Virus record (IMG/VR): IMGVR_UViG_3300042691_022081
Location: 6,872-70,871 of that record
Source: a virus
DNA length: 64,000 nt
Strand: one strand, 5' to 3'
A program made the position numbers and the translations under genes. The first letter of the stretch is position 1, and each line of letters starts with the position of its first letter. Of the stretch, positions 48,701-59,555 are shown piece after piece. A model generated the notes under the pieces. That model did not search any database. It saw only the letters and a list, made by a program, of their open reading frames with translations, and had not been told where the DNA came from.

Positions 48701-50094
48701 AAATATTTTGGTTACAGCCAGCTGATACCCGTATTGGGCAAGCACAGCGACAAATACATGACCTAACAGGGTCTTATAGTTTTTGTGTTCTTCCTTGGAT
48801 TCATGTTGCTACTCGCCCTAATGGAGATGCTCGTCTTTGTTGTGGCGCTAACGCTAGTGGAGCATCAACAGGGGATCACATTGTAGGACTAGTAAAAAAT
48901 GAAGACGGTGCTCCTGCTAACTTTGGCAAACAATTACCATTAGATGCATGGAATAATGACTATATGCGTTCAGTACGCAAAACAATGATGGAAGGAAAGA
49001 TTCCTGCCAGTTGTACAAAATGTTTCGAAGAAGAGTCAAATGGTGTTGTTAGTAAACGTATGTGGGAATCATACGAATGGCAACGAGAAGGTTTAGATTT
49101 CAAAGAGCTTATTGATAGCACTGACGATGGATCTGTTCCTCCTGTAATACGTTATTTTGATCTGCGGTTGGGTCACACTTGTAATTTAAAATGTGTTATG
49201 TGTAGTCCACACGACAGCAGTCGATGGGTAGAGGACTATAAAAAAATTGCTCCTTTAATTAAAAGTAAAACTGTGTTAAAGCAAATAGAATGGTCTGCGG
49301 ATACATTTGACAACTACTGGTACGAAAAACCAGAATTGTGGAATCAAATATTTGAACAAATTCCAAATATTACTCAGTTGTATTTTGCAGGTGGCGAACC
49401 TTTGATGATAAAAGAGCATAGAAAGTTTCTAGATGAAATTATTAAAAGAGGCTATGCTAAGAATATCAGCTTAAGATATAACAGTAATGGTATATTTGTC
49501 AATGAAGATATTATAAATGTTTGGAGTCAATTTAAACAAGTTCGCTATGCGTTTAGTATTGATGCATTTGGCGACCGTAATTCGTACATTAGATTTCCAG
49601 CAAACTGGGAAGACATTGAACGTAATTTATGGCTCATGGATAATACACCAGATAACATTCATTGTGCGATTGCGTGTGCAGTACAAGTTTTAAACATTAA
49701 GCATATAATAGATTTTGCCAAGTGGAAATTAAATCAAGGATTTAAAAAAATTAATAAATTTACTATTGATGATTACCAAGCAGGTGGTGGTATAATTAAT
49801 TTGCATTTGTTATACATACCAACGTTTTTATCTGCTAGAGTATTACCAAAAGAAGATAAAGATCAATTGGTAAAAGACTTTGCAGATTTTAAACAATGGC
49901 TTTGGGATAATTATACTCAAGATGATAATTTTTGGCAACACAACCCGTATGGTTGGAAACGTTGGGAAGCAATATTAAAATTTGTATTAGCAGAAGACCA
50001 TTCTCAGTTATTGCCTGATTTTAAAGAATATATTTTTAATTTAGATAATGTAAGAGGTACAGAGTTTAATAAAACATTTCCAGAATTAAAATGA
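48697..50094 (+). CDS. Twitch-domain radical SAM protein
   Basis: FCVLPW...LCC...CTKC; HTCNLKCVMC; FAGGEPL. Confidence 0.88.
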   Translation: MKIFWLQPADTRIGQAQRQIHDLTGSYSFCVLPWIHVATRPNGDARLCCGANASGASTGDHIVGLVKNEDGAPANFGKQLPLDAWNNDYMRSVRKTMMEGKIPASCTKCFEEESNGVVSKRMWESYEWQREGLDFKELIDSTDDGSVPPVIRYFDLRLGHTCNLKCVMCSPHDSSRWVEDYKKIAPLIKSKTVLKQIEWSADTFDNYWYEKPELWNQIFEQIPNITQLYFAGGEPLMIKEHRKFLDEIIKRGYAKNISLRYNSNGIFVNEDIINVWSQFKQVRYAFSIDAFGDRNSYIRFPANWEDIERNLWLMDNTPDNIHCAIACAVQVLNIKHIIDFAKWKLNQGFKKINKFTIDDYQAGGGIINLHLLYIPTFLSARVLPKEDKDQLVKDFADFKQWLWDNYTQDDNFWQHNPYGWKRWEAILKFVLAEDHSQLLPDFKEYIFNLDNVRGTEFNKTFPELK

Positions 50095-51062
50095 AAAAAA
50101 CTCCAATTAAAATAGTATCAACTCAAGGATCAGAAGTTTTGCAAATACGCTTCTGGCCTACTGATATTTGCAATTTTAATTGCTCATATTGTTTTCCTGG
50201 AGCACATGATAATAAGTTTCGTTACCCAGAGGATACTAATCTAGTGTTGTCTTCTTTTAGAAAACTATTTGACTTTTATAAAACACAAAACAAGACAAAA
50301 TTTCATTTGACAATCTCTGGAGGCGGTGAGCCTACTCTATGGCCTGAGTTACAAGTGTTCTGTAACGAGATACGTAAGACTCATGACGTATATATTACAT
50401 TAGTTAGCAACGGTTCGCGTACTGTACGCTGGTGGGAAGAAAATACACAAGTGTTTGATGATGTTGTGCTAAGTTGTCACAACGAATACGTAGACATAGA
50501 TCATTATATAAAAGTTGCTGATCTGTTATTTGAAGCAGGTGTTAAAGTAACAGCGTTAATGCTTATGGATGCAAAAAACTGGGATAAGTGTACGGGATAT
50601 ATTGATCGTATGAAAACAAGTAAGCATCCTTGGTTTATTGAAGCCAAGCCAATCGTTGATGCAACCGGTCACGGGATAGACTGTTATACTTCTGATCAAC
50701 TAGCATACATCAATATGAAACGTATCCCCAGCAGTGATTGGATATTCAAACGATTAGACGATATCAAACTTCATGAAAGTATTACTCTATTTGATGATGG
50801 TAGTGCTACAGCGAATCGTCCGCATGAAATTATTACAAACAAATGGAATATGTTTTACAATTGGCAATGTAGTGTTGGAAAAGAATCAATATCAATCACT
50901 GCTAGCGGAGATGTATTAGGATCATGCCAAGTACCTGTGTTTAGTTGTTCTGTAAACATCTTCAAACAAATACCAGTTCTAACACTTAACAGTATAACTT
51001 GTCCAAAGTTAGATTGTTCATGCCAACCAGATACTCATATTACTAAATCTAAAGTCGATTGA
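50091..51062 (+). CDS. Radical SAM protein with a C-terminal twitch-like region
   Basis: CNFNCSYC and GGGEPT; C-terminal CSVG...SC...CP..DCSC. Confidence 0.88.
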   Translation: MKKTPIKIVSTQGSEVLQIRFWPTDICNFNCSYCFPGAHDNKFRYPEDTNLVLSSFRKLFDFYKTQNKTKFHLTISGGGEPTLWPELQVFCNEIRKTHDVYITLVSNGSRTVRWWEENTQVFDDVVLSCHNEYVDIDHYIKVADLLFEAGVKVTALMLMDAKNWDKCTGYIDRMKTSKHPWFIEAKPIVDATGHGIDCYTSDQLAYINMKRIPSSDWIFKRLDDIKLHESITLFDDGSATANRPHEIITNKWNMFYNWQCSVGKESISITASGDVLGSCQVPVFSCSVNIFKQIPVLTLNSITCPKLDCSCQPDTHITKSKVD

Positions 51063-51858
51063 CCGGCTCAGTATTAACTGTCCACTGATTTGCGTATGTT
51101 TGTGCTGTGTTACTCAACAAGTTATCAGGCCATACACTATTTAAAAATGCCAACGCTTCGGCAGGTGAAGGATGCTGATCGTTATTAGGAAGTTTTCTAG
51201 ATTTTGTATATTCGTAACTCCATCTGCCTTCAACTGTTTTGTTTATGTTTAAAAATAGGTCTTTGTAAACTTTAATAACATCTAAATTTTCTAGCAACGG
51301 ATTTATATTAGTACCATTACATAAACTATCAAATGATTCAACCCAATAAGGCCTTCCTTCTGACTCTGGAATTAAATTATTATATATACCTGTAGACTCA
51401 ACTTTATCCTTGTCTATATTTGTAATTGGACTAGTCCAAAATTGTTCCCAGTTAGCTTTTTGTATAGTTGATTGTGCGGCTGTTGCCAACGCTAAATCTC
51501 TTATTAAAAAGGATCTACGATCCAACGCATATTTTTTAAACCAATCTCCGCCATATGTTTGTTCTAAGGATTGGATTGTATCACATTGCCACGTACTGTT
51601 GTAGTACCTGTCTTCTCTATGTAAGAATGTCCACATAACTATAACTAAATCTTCTTTGTTAAAGTTATATCTAGCATCTGCTTCAATTATGCTGTTAAAA
51701 ATATAATGATTGCCGGCACCTATTTTACCCCAGTTTTGATAAACAGGAATGTCCTGTCCTATAATATCAGCCCACGTTGGCCAATTGTAATTTGTAAAAC
51801 TACAACCAAAGGCAAAAAATCTTTTATACTTAGAAGGGTTAAGGGTTGTTAGACGCAT
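51049..51858 (-). CDS. SGNH/GDSL-like protein
   Basis: FAFGCSFT..WPTW, GAGN and DQHPS motifs. Confidence 0.7.
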   Translation of the reverse strand: MRLTTLNPSKYKRFFAFGCSFTNYNWPTWADIIGQDIPVYQNWGKIGAGNHYIFNSIIEADARYNFNKEDLVIVMWTFLHREDRYYNSTWQCDTIQSLEQTYGGDWFKKYALDRRSFLIRDLALATAAQSTIQKANWEQFWTSPITNIDKDKVESTGIYNNLIPESEGRPYWVESFDSLCNGTNINPLLENLDVIKVYKDLFLNINKTVEGRWSYEYTKSRKLPNNDQHPSPAEALAFLNSVWPDNLLSNTAQTYANQWTVNTEPVNRL

Positions 51859-52750
51859 ATTTTGTAAGGGGAATGTCTGCCGCGCAGGTACAGAAATTAC
51901 GGTCACAAGTTACGGGTTCGCTAGGTGCAACGAAGTTGCCTTCATATATGTTGCCTAGACTACCACCGACTCTACAAGTCGCTCTGTGTACATCTCCGTC
52001 CCAATTTATCATTAGGCTTTCTATACCTGCGTTGCAAGTCCAACCTTTAAATTTATTTTGATGATTCTTAATCATGTCGTTAGCATGGTAATGTAACTGT
52101 GCGTATTTGTCATCTAACCATACTACTGTATTTTTTTCTACTGTTGCTTCTTGTTCTTTAATCCAATGTAAATCATCTGGATGATACCGCATGTCGTCAA
52201 ACAAATCATGATCTCCTTGTGTCCAACGTATGCGTCTTAGTGTTGCTGGTATGTGCATTGATAAGCATCTAGCAAAAATAGTACGAGCCGCAAGCATGTG
52301 ATCGTGATGACACATGATTTGTGCTATAATTTTTATCTTAGTATAGTCAACAACTTTACTCATAGTATTATAAACACGTTGCCAATCGTATTCTAAATGT
52401 AGACTAAACACAAGTTGATCAACAGAAAGACTATCGTAAAATTCATGAGGCAATGTTCCGTTAGTAGTTACACTAATCCAACTAACACCTTTGTGTTTAC
52501 AATATTTGATTAGTTCTGGAAACTTAGGATGTACTGTAGGTTCTCCTCCGGTAAAACTTAGCCGTATTGGTTTGCCTAACGTTACTAGTTTATCTACTGC
52601 ACGTTTAAGTATTTCTATATCCGTGTGTGGACTTTTGTTGTCGTGTATTTCACTAGGGCAATAGCTACAATCATAATTACATCTTTTGCCAAGATTCCAT
52701 TCTACCTTAATGCTATTTTGATGCGGCCAACGACTAGTTACTTTAATCAT
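51839..52750 (-). CDS. Radical SAM protein with a C-terminal twitch-like region
   Basis: RCNYDCSYC and FTGGEPT; CNAG...TC...CDRNFCTC. Confidence 0.88.
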   Translation of the reverse strand: MIKVTSRWPHQNSIKVEWNLGKRCNYDCSYCPSEIHDNKSPHTDIEILKRAVDKLVTLGKPIRLSFTGGEPTVHPKFPELIKYCKHKGVSWISVTTNGTLPHEFYDSLSVDQLVFSLHLEYDWQRVYNTMSKVVDYTKIKIIAQIMCHHDHMLAARTIFARCLSMHIPATLRRIRWTQGDHDLFDDMRYHPDDLHWIKEQEATVEKNTVVWLDDKYAQLHYHANDMIKNHQNKFKGWTCNAGIESLMINWDGDVHRATCRVGGSLGNIYEGNFVAPSEPVTCDRNFCTCAADIPLTKYASNNP

Positions 52751-54018
52751 TAGAGATACCTTTTGAACTCGGGTGTCACAGTTTCGAAGGATTGATTTCG
52801 AGATGCATCTAACTTTTTATTAAATTCAATACACTCTTCCCACTTGTCGCTTTGATCTACAGCCTTTATATAATTGATTACTCCTTCAATTTGACCTAAA
52901 GTAAGATTTAATAAAATTGGATTTTGTTTAACATATCTAAATTCTGGTACACGTTCTTTTACAAACTCTAAACGTTGTATGGCCAACAGTTTTAGATACT
53001 TAGGTAATACTTGAATAGATAGTTGACTAGGATACTTGACCATATTTGTATAAAATACAATGTCAAGCTCATCTAAAAAACACTCTATCATTTTATCTAA
53101 AGTTAATACGTTGCTTACTTGTACAGCAACCGCACCAACTATTCTGCTGACATTGGGAATTTTCTTGAATTCTTGTATGTTTTGTACAACTTCATCCCAA
53201 TTGCCGTTGCCGCGTATGTAGTCGTAAACAGTGCCAATCCCATCAATAGAGATATTAACGGCAACTGATCTAAAATAAGGCCAATATTCATGTACATTCC
53301 TTCCTCCTTTTATTCCAAATGTTGTTCCATTAGTAGCATATTTGATTTCAATGTCTTTGCCGTAAGGCTTTAACATATCTAAAATTCTATAATGTTGTGG
53401 ATCCATTAACGGTTCGCCGCCTGCAAACTCTACACGTCTAAAGTAAGGCAACAGTTTTTCAAATGAATCCCACCAATTAGGGTTGTCTTCAAACTTATCT
53501 AAGTAGGGTTTTTTAATCAAATTAAGTTTACGTACATTCTCTGAAATAAAGTTATTTTCTTTATCGTAAAATTCTTCAACTTCCTGCCAATCATTCCAAC
53601 TAGTGCTGTCGGTTGGATTACACATGCGACATTTTAAATTACACAAATTGTTTAATTTAATTTCCATAGTAGGAATTTCAAATGGCATTGTATAATCGTC
53701 ATTCATTTTATTGACAGCCATAGGGTACAATTTAATACGTGCTTCAGGTATAGTTCCGTTAACATGACGCAGTCTAAGACTTTCAACACCTTGATCTTCT
53801 AGACTAAAACAGGGTTCGCATTCTGGAGGACGATATCCTGTAAGAACTTGTTTACGAATACGTTTCATATTGTCGCCATTCCAGATTTCTTCCAAAGATT
53901 GATCTTGAATAAATCCAATAGGGTGGCTTCGGCAACAGACTTTAACAGCACCGTCTTCTCTAGTTGCTAACCCTGTAAACGGATGCATACAAAACGTAGG
54001 AGGATTAATGTTGTTCAA
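52750..54018 (-). CDS. Twitch-domain radical SAM protein
   Basis: FCMHPF...VCC...CEPC; LCNLKCRMC; FAGGEPL; start approximate. Confidence 0.88.
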   Translation of the reverse strand: MNNINPPTFCMHPFTGLATREDGAVKVCCRSHPIGFIQDQSLEEIWNGDNMKRIRKQVLTGYRPPECEPCFSLEDQGVESLRLRHVNGTIPEARIKLYPMAVNKMNDDYTMPFEIPTMEIKLNNLCNLKCRMCNPTDSTSWNDWQEVEEFYDKENNFISENVRKLNLIKKPYLDKFEDNPNWWDSFEKLLPYFRRVEFAGGEPLMDPQHYRILDMLKPYGKDIEIKYATNGTTFGIKGGRNVHEYWPYFRSVAVNISIDGIGTVYDYIRGNGNWDEVVQNIQEFKKIPNVSRIVGAVAVQVSNVLTLDKMIECFLDELDIVFYTNMVKYPSQLSIQVLPKYLKLLAIQRLEFVKERVPEFRYVKQNPILLNLTLGQIEGVINYIKAVDQSDKWEECIEFNKKLDASRNQSFETVTPEFKRYL

Positions 54019-54727
54019 TTGCCCACTCTCTTTCTTTACACCAAAAACATTCTCCGCACACAGGAACATACTGTCTAGGTTTATATGTTTCGTAGGTTAT
54101 ATTTTTAAATTCGCCTTCACAGCTTCTTGTTATATTAAACAAGTCCATGATATCCAACCTTTTATACTGTTTTAATATCCAAGATTTATCTACAAATCTA
54201 AATGGATGGCTAGCAACTCTATTCATATGTATCATGAATTCAAGGTGTTTGTTGTCTTGATTTTTTTCTATGTCTCTTTCTGCCATACCATTAAATTTTG
54301 CTAATCTTGGGTTTCTAGTAACTGCATTGTAGTAAGCATCTAAATTGTACTTGTGACAGATGAATTCAGAAAAGGCACGTTGTTGTATATTGTCGCCACT
54401 AACTTTTTTACCATACTCGTCTGTTAAGTTTGGACCCATATTGCCGTATTCTAATTCTGGTGCAATAAAATTTTTATGAAATACATAAGTTAGTTTTGGA
54501 AATGCATTTAACAAGTATTCATAAACTCCAAGAGCATCGTATTGTTGCCAAGGTCTTGTTTTCCACATTCTTGTATGATTAATAATATGAATAGTTTGAT
54601 GCTCGTTGGCCAATGAACTAAGCAGATACGCTAACAAAGCAGAATCGGCACCTCCACTTAGGCTAATAGCAAAATCCCAATCTTTGTCAAAAGGCAACTG
54701 TACGCCGTCAATATTAAATTCAAGCAT
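54005..54727 (-). CDS. PP-loop ATP pyrophosphatase (QueC-like / adenine nucleotide alpha hydrolase)
   Basis: ISLSGGADS PP-loop; TRSCE...CGECFWCKER Zn site. Confidence 0.75.
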   Translation of the reverse strand: MLEFNIDGVQLPFDKDWDFAISLSGGADSALLAYLLSSLANEHQTIHIINHTRMWKTRPWQQYDALGVYEYLLNAFPKLTYVFHKNFIAPELEYGNMGPNLTDEYGKKVSGDNIQQRAFSEFICHKYNLDAYYNAVTRNPRLAKFNGMAERDIEKNQDNKHLEFMIHMNRVASHPFRFVDKSWILKQYKRLDIMDLFNITRSCEGEFKNITYETYKPRQYVPVCGECFWCKEREWAIEQH

Positions 54728-55373
54728 GATGTTTATTATAACTTCTTACAACTAATTCTGCAAATTCTTTTTTCTTGTTGCCAATAATACAATGTGCTAT
54801 CATATGCATTCTGGGCTGATTGCTGTTATTAATTGCAGAATGTACATTTGTAATATTAACAATAAATGCTCGGCCGGCACGGAATGGAACACGGCCATAT
54901 CCTTCTAATTGCATTTGACAATTGTCAGGATGTGTAATTGCTAGGTTAATTGGAATCATATGATCCATCATATCAAACTCTGTATTTTTAACACCGCTTG
55001 GCGAATCATCATGCGGAGCAATAAAGCCATTTGGTTCTAGTTCCATAAATCTTAATCTGGCAAATCGTTCTGTAGGGAATGATTTCCAAAAATTAGTTAT
55101 TTTAGGAGTTAATTTAGATAAGTCTGTCCATTTATATGTAATGTCTTCTTCTGTAGCAGAATACTGTGCCCAGTGTCCTGTCTTATCAGTATCTATGCCG
55201 TGTATACAACAACTACGCCATCCTTTATGGCCGCCATTTTCTCTATGTGTAACTAAAAATTGTTCAGCAATTTTTGATTCTTCAACCCAATCCGTGAGAT
55301 TGAAATTGATATCTAGTTCAATCCACCCAATAGGTTTTCTAAGTATTTTGGTAGCTTCTTGAATAATGTCCAT
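54720..55373 (-). CDS. Aspartyl/asparaginyl beta-hydroxylase-like oxygenase
   Basis: RLRFMELEPNGFIAPHDD...HSAINNS..PRMH; likely start MDIIQ at 55373. Confidence 0.8.
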   Translation of the reverse strand: MDIIQEATKILRKPIGWIELDINFNLTDWVEESKIAEQFLVTHRENGGHKGWRSCCIHGIDTDKTGHWAQYSATEEDITYKWTDLSKLTPKITNFWKSFPTERFARLRFMELEPNGFIAPHDDSPSGVKNTEFDMMDHMIPINLAITHPDNCQMQLEGYGRVPFRAGRAFIVNITNVHSAINNSNQPRMHMIAHCIIGNKKKEFAELVVRSYNKHHA

Positions 55374-55415
55374 GAAATATTTAACCTTATAATAGTAGCA
55401 TATAAATATTTCATG
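55371..55415. promoter_or_regulatory. Divergent late-promoter pair forming a perfect 13-bp inverted repeat that includes both start codons
   Basis: CATGAAATATTTA (55371-55383) and TAAATATTTCATG (55403-55415). Confidence 0.7.
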
Positions 55416-56078
55416 CTGACTAAAATGCCAATATGCCTGTCCTCGGAACTTATACAAGAAGCCTTGTATGCTATATTTCACGAAGGATTTGATTTTACCC
55501 TTAATGAACAAACTGGTAACTTTTTCTACGATCCTTGGATACTCAAAGAAAAATATAAAGGAACAGTTTGGCAAACTATTATGGATACATTGCCAGGTGT
55601 AGTTGGTGAAGCAAAAGTAAGACGACTTAACGCAGGGGAGTCATATATAGGACATTCTGATATAGATGATAGATTTCATTTAAACATCTCAGGAGAAAAA
55701 TGTTACATTATAAATATTGAGACAGAAACAATGTACCCTACTGTAGCTGATGGGTATTGGTATAGTATGGACGCAAGTCCTAAACATACCGCTGTAAATT
55801 TTGGTAATAGAGTAAGGTTCCAATTAGTTGTTAGAAAATTACTACGGTTATCAAAGTTAGTTGATCCTGTATCTGTTATAATAAAATCTGTCATAGATGA
55901 CAAAGCTGAGGCACGATATATATTTGATGATCGAGTCAGCTCTTGGCTAAACTCTGCTAACAAGAATGGAATTGTTAATGATTTTAATTATAGCAATGAT
56001 GTAATTAAATTTAATATTGAAAGACAGCACTTGTCAGAATTTAAAAATATATTACCACAGGAATTTGAAATAGTATGA
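55413..56078 (+). CDS. AspH-like oxygenase
   Basis: YIGHSDIDDRFHLNI...HTAVNFG..R; likely start MLTK at 55413. Confidence 0.7.
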   Translation: MLTKMPICLSSELIQEALYAIFHEGFDFTLNEQTGNFFYDPWILKEKYKGTVWQTIMDTLPGVVGEAKVRRLNAGESYIGHSDIDDRFHLNISGEKCYIINIETETMYPTVADGYWYSMDASPKHTAVNFGNRVRFQLVVRKLLRLSKLVDPVSVIIKSVIDDKAEARYIFDDRVSSWLNSANKNGIVNDFNYSNDVIKFNIERQHLSEFKNILPQEFEIV

Positions 56079-56623
56079 AATTATATGTGGGTAATTGCAA
56101 TTCTCATTTTAGCTGTAATGATTTAATATCTGAAATAAATCAGCACACAGTTGAACCAAATCATGGCCATTTAGAATTAGAACCAAATAATCCATTTTAT
56201 GAAGAAAGTGTATATCAAACTAACTTATTAAAATCAGTTGGCTATGATGAAAATGTTGTGGAGTATAGACACTATCAGTCAGGAATACACTTTAGTTTAA
56301 ATTATTCTACAATGTTAGGAGAAATAACAAATTGCACTCCTATTATGTGTTGGGTGAGTGAAATAAGGCCAGGCAAGTGTACGCCATGGCACTGGGATAT
56401 AAATCCGTGGGAACACGAACATAAAAAGTTAGGCACACTAATAAGATATTTTATGTTTGTAACACCACCCGCTCCTGGGCATTTGTTTGTAACAGAAGAC
56501 GATGCCTACTACAATGAACCGCAAGGATCGATATATCAGTATGCAGACATACACTCTTGGCATGCAGGATCTAATGTTGGACTTTTGCCTAAAATGTTAT
56601 TAACTCTTACAGGATATAAATAA
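56075..56623 (+). CDS. Short 2OG-Fe(II)/AspH-like oxygenase
   Basis: PGKCTPWHWD...WHAGSNVG. Confidence 0.72.
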   Translation: MKLYVGNCNSHFSCNDLISEINQHTVEPNHGHLELEPNNPFYEESVYQTNLLKSVGYDENVVEYRHYQSGIHFSLNYSTMLGEITNCTPIMCWVSEIRPGKCTPWHWDINPWEHEHKKLGTLIRYFMFVTPPAPGHLFVTEDDAYYNEPQGSIYQYADIHSWHAGSNVGLLPKMLLTLTGYK

Positions 56624-56637
56624 ATTTAGGATATATT

Positions 56638-57192
56638 ATGAAAAACTTTATTGGAAATTGCTCATCTGTTATTGATTGTGAAGCACTAATAGCTGCGTGT
56701 GAGTTGGTTGAAGGAAATACTATACTAGCTCCACTTGAAATTAATAAAGACGATGTATTTTATAAAGAAGAGTCTAAAGAAACTTTTGATTTATTAGAAA
56801 CTGTTTATAAAAATGTTACTTCAGTTAAGTTTAAACATTATTATCCAGGTCAACATTTTGATCAAAAAATAGTAGACGAGTTAGGAAAATTTTGTGGAGT
56901 TGAACCACTTGGTAGTTTTGTTAGTAAGGTTGAACCAGGCTTTTGTGTACCATTACATAAAGACATTATGAATAATTATAAAGACTTATACTTAAAAAAT
57001 AAGTTGCAAAGATTTGTAATTTTTTTATCTAAGCCGTCTTTTGGTGCAGGATTCATTTTAGAGGATGAAATATTCTATTTAGAAGAGCAGGGAAATACTT
57101 ATAAGTTTCCTGATCCACATTCATGGCATGCTGGTTTCAATGTGGGAACTAAATCTAAACACCTCATTACTTTCACAGGCTTTTTGCCTTAA
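56638..57192 (+). CDS. Short 2OG-Fe(II)/AspH-like oxygenase
   Basis: PGFCVPLHKD...WHAGFNVG. Confidence 0.72.
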   Translation: MKNFIGNCSSVIDCEALIAACELVEGNTILAPLEINKDDVFYKEESKETFDLLETVYKNVTSVKFKHYYPGQHFDQKIVDELGKFCGVEPLGSFVSKVEPGFCVPLHKDIMNNYKDLYLKNKLQRFVIFLSKPSFGAGFILEDEIFYLEEQGNTYKFPDPHSWHAGFNVGTKSKHLITFTGFLP

Positions 57193-58752
57193 AAATTCTA
57201 ATAGAGGAATAAAATAAGTTTCCTCTATTTGTTGTTTCATTAATTCTTTAATATTATCGCTTCCAAAATGTTGATATAAATCTTCTTTTTTAGTAAAAGA
57301 CATTAGAGTATTAAAATCATATTTTGGTAAATTAATACAACTAATATAAAAAAAGTTTCTATAAAACTGAATATGGCTATCTAATTTTTGTTGCCACTTC
57401 ACGGCTATTTCAGTTGCTTTTTCAAACGTATCTATATCAGTCCCGTCCTTTTTAATCCATCGCCAAGGAACATCTGGATAAGGAAATTCATATCCATACT
57501 TTTCAGCTTCAATTTCAAAAGCAGCATTAAATCTATATTTTGTAAAATCTGTATGTTTTATTATACGTAACGGAGTTGTGTTTATGTGACCTACTGGGCG
57601 ATCTGGCCTGTCAAAGTAGGCACAGCTTTTTTCAAAATCTGCAATATTGTCTTTAGGAAGGCCGCATATTAATCCGGTCATTATCCAAACATCGTGTCCC
57701 CATACCTCAGCACATTTTTCTAAAGTATCTGTAATACGTTTAGGATCCATGCCTTTACCTATAACTTTGCCAGCTTCTCGATTTAATGTTTCTATACCAA
57801 AGTAAACTTCTCTAATTCCTATATCTTTGGCAAGTTGTATATGTTCTGGATTATTAACTATTATGTCTAATCTCATATAACACCAAAACGCAGGTTTAAA
57901 AGGAAGTCTTGCTACTACACGTTTGACCATTTCTAGTTTTTCTGTACTATCATTAAATGTATCGTCTACTATAGTGTATTTCCATGTTCCCCAACGATTC
58001 CAATTGTCTAAAAGTTCGTTATAAAGACACTCTTCAAATTTAATATAGTCTTTAACATTTTTTTGACCTATAAGCGGGAATGAACAAAACTTACAATTAA
58101 ATCTACAACCTCTTCCTACTTCTAATAAAAGTGTTTCGCTAGGCAATATAAAAGATTCTGGCTCATAGGAAATGTTAGATCTTCTAAAATCCCAAGAGGG
58201 TGACTGTGCTTTTTTATCGTGATCAATAATTCTGTTCCACAATCTTCTTGGACCTTTTTTAAGACTTTGTAGATATTCTACAATCATAGTTTCTGCATGT
58301 CCTATAAACACATTATCAACGCCTAATGTATTAATGTACATAAAGGCTTTCGCGCCGCCTAAAATAATTTTTGTTCTTGGATTTACAGATTTAATTTTAT
58401 CAGTATAAAATTGGACATTGGGCCCTCCAAATTCCATACTTAAACTGTTTAATGAATTTTCTGTGTTTGGATTAAATCGCATGGCTGGTTTGCTTGGTTC
58501 TCTATGACTAACAGTTCCGTCTGGCAAAATAAAAGGAAACCATGTAGTTGAAAAACCAACAGCTAGAGTGTTTTCTCCCACTGATAGTTCAATTATTTCA
58601 CTATATCTTTTAAAATTAATATAGTTTGCAAAATCAACAACTAAAACAGAGTACCCATGCTCTCTCAATTCAGTTGCTATACGATGAGAGCCGCTTGCTC
58701 TTGAATAAGTTTCAAGATCTGGCATATCTCCAAATAGTATTACATCGTACAT
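57121..58752 (-). CDS. B12-binding-type radical SAM protein
   Basis: GSHRIATELR, GRGCRFNCKFC, VDDTFND and ICGLP; related to the 32831/34288 pair. Confidence 0.85.
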   Translation of the reverse strand: MYDVILFGDMPDLETYSRASGSHRIATELREHGYSVLVVDFANYINFKRYSEIIELSVGENTLAVGFSTTWFPFILPDGTVSHREPSKPAMRFNPNTENSLNSLSMEFGGPNVQFYTDKIKSVNPRTKIILGGAKAFMYINTLGVDNVFIGHAETMIVEYLQSLKKGPRRLWNRIIDHDKKAQSPSWDFRRSNISYEPESFILPSETLLLEVGRGCRFNCKFCSFPLIGQKNVKDYIKFEECLYNELLDNWNRWGTWKYTIVDDTFNDSTEKLEMVKRVVARLPFKPAFWCYMRLDIIVNNPEHIQLAKDIGIREVYFGIETLNREAGKVIGKGMDPKRITDTLEKCAEVWGHDVWIMTGLICGLPKDNIADFEKSCAYFDRPDRPVGHINTTPLRIIKHTDFTKYRFNAAFEIEAEKYGYEFPYPDVPWRWIKKDGTDIDTFEKATEIAVKWQQKLDSHIQFYRNFFYISCINLPKYDFNTLMSFTKKEDLYQHFGSDNIKELMKQQIEETYFIPLLEFLRQKACESNEVFRFSSHIETSMP

Positions 58753-59555
58753 TAATAAGATTCCAAATGTTCTATACCTAAGCGTTTACGAAAATCTTCT
58801 GTAAATTTTCCGTCAATACGTAAACTATAACTTTGTTCCATGATACGTTCGCCGCCGTGCCAATCTACATCGTTCCACCAAGCAGCTCTAGTGTTAAGAT
58901 ATGTTTTATCTTTGGTCTCTGGATCCCAAAGGTACATAGCCTTCTTTGTGTTAGGACGAACATGTATAAATTCATTACGATGGGGTGTAACAACATCGAT
59001 GCCGTTCTTAGCATCTAAGTCGCGATGTTCAAACGGAATACCGTCTGCTTCACAGTGAAAAAATATAACACGGCCAATCTCTTGGAATATAGTTCCTACC
59101 ATAGATTCTACCCATTTAACTACATTAGGAAAGTATTCAGCTTCTGGAGTTAGTTTACGTGGTGCTGTTCTATCATCCCAGCTACCTTCTTCCCACAAGT
59201 AATAGTAAATGTATGGATCATATGCACCCATTGCCATCTTTAGATAACGAGTAAATTTATTACGTTGTTGAAAGTTTTTAAAATCTGTAGGCATTAACTT
59301 TATGCCAGCTTGATATAAAGGATCGTCTTTAGGCAGTTCCATGAACTCATCCATAGACTGATAGATAGGTTTCCAACTAAGTTTGTAACTCATGTTTTCA
59401 AATGAAAAGCCAGGCTTCATCCATGTGCCTTCTTTAGCATATTCACGTGCTAGGGCAAAACCTGTTAGTATCTCAGGTTGCAATTTTTGAAATTGATCCA
59501 TATCAATATATGTTTCCATATCAAAATAGGATTTACCATTTATTCCTTTAATCAT
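58752..59555 (-). CDS. 2OG-Fe(II)-type oxygenase-like protein
   Basis: FEHRD...DWHGG...SLRIDG. Confidence 0.6.
   Translation of the reverse strand: MIKGINGKSYFDMETYIDMDQFQKLQPEILTGFALAREYAKEGTWMKPGFSFENMSYKLSWKPIYQSMDEFMELPKDDPLYQAGIKLMPTDFKNFQQRNKFTRYLKMAMGAYDPYIYYYLWEEGSWDDRTAPRKLTPEAEYFPNVVKWVESMVGTIFQEIGRVIFFHCEADGIPFEHRDLDAKNGIDVVTPHRNEFIHVRPNTKKAMYLWDPETKDKTYLNTRAAWWNDVDWHGGERIMEQSYSLRIDGKFTEDFRKRLGIEHLESY

Noticed and set aside
54005-54727. Calling the PP-loop protein queC and inferring a complete 7-deazaguanine DNA-modification pathway with queD
   Set aside because: It has the PP-loop and Zn motif but lacks QueC-specific motifs such as YGQRH and VPxRN. No folE, clear queE or dpdA is visible in this window.
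57121-57192. 72-bp convergent overlap of an oxygenase and a radical SAM gene (similar short overlaps at 26210, 31165, 37993 and 51049)
   Set aside because: Short 3' overlaps are common in compact phage genomes, and there is no sign of antisense function.
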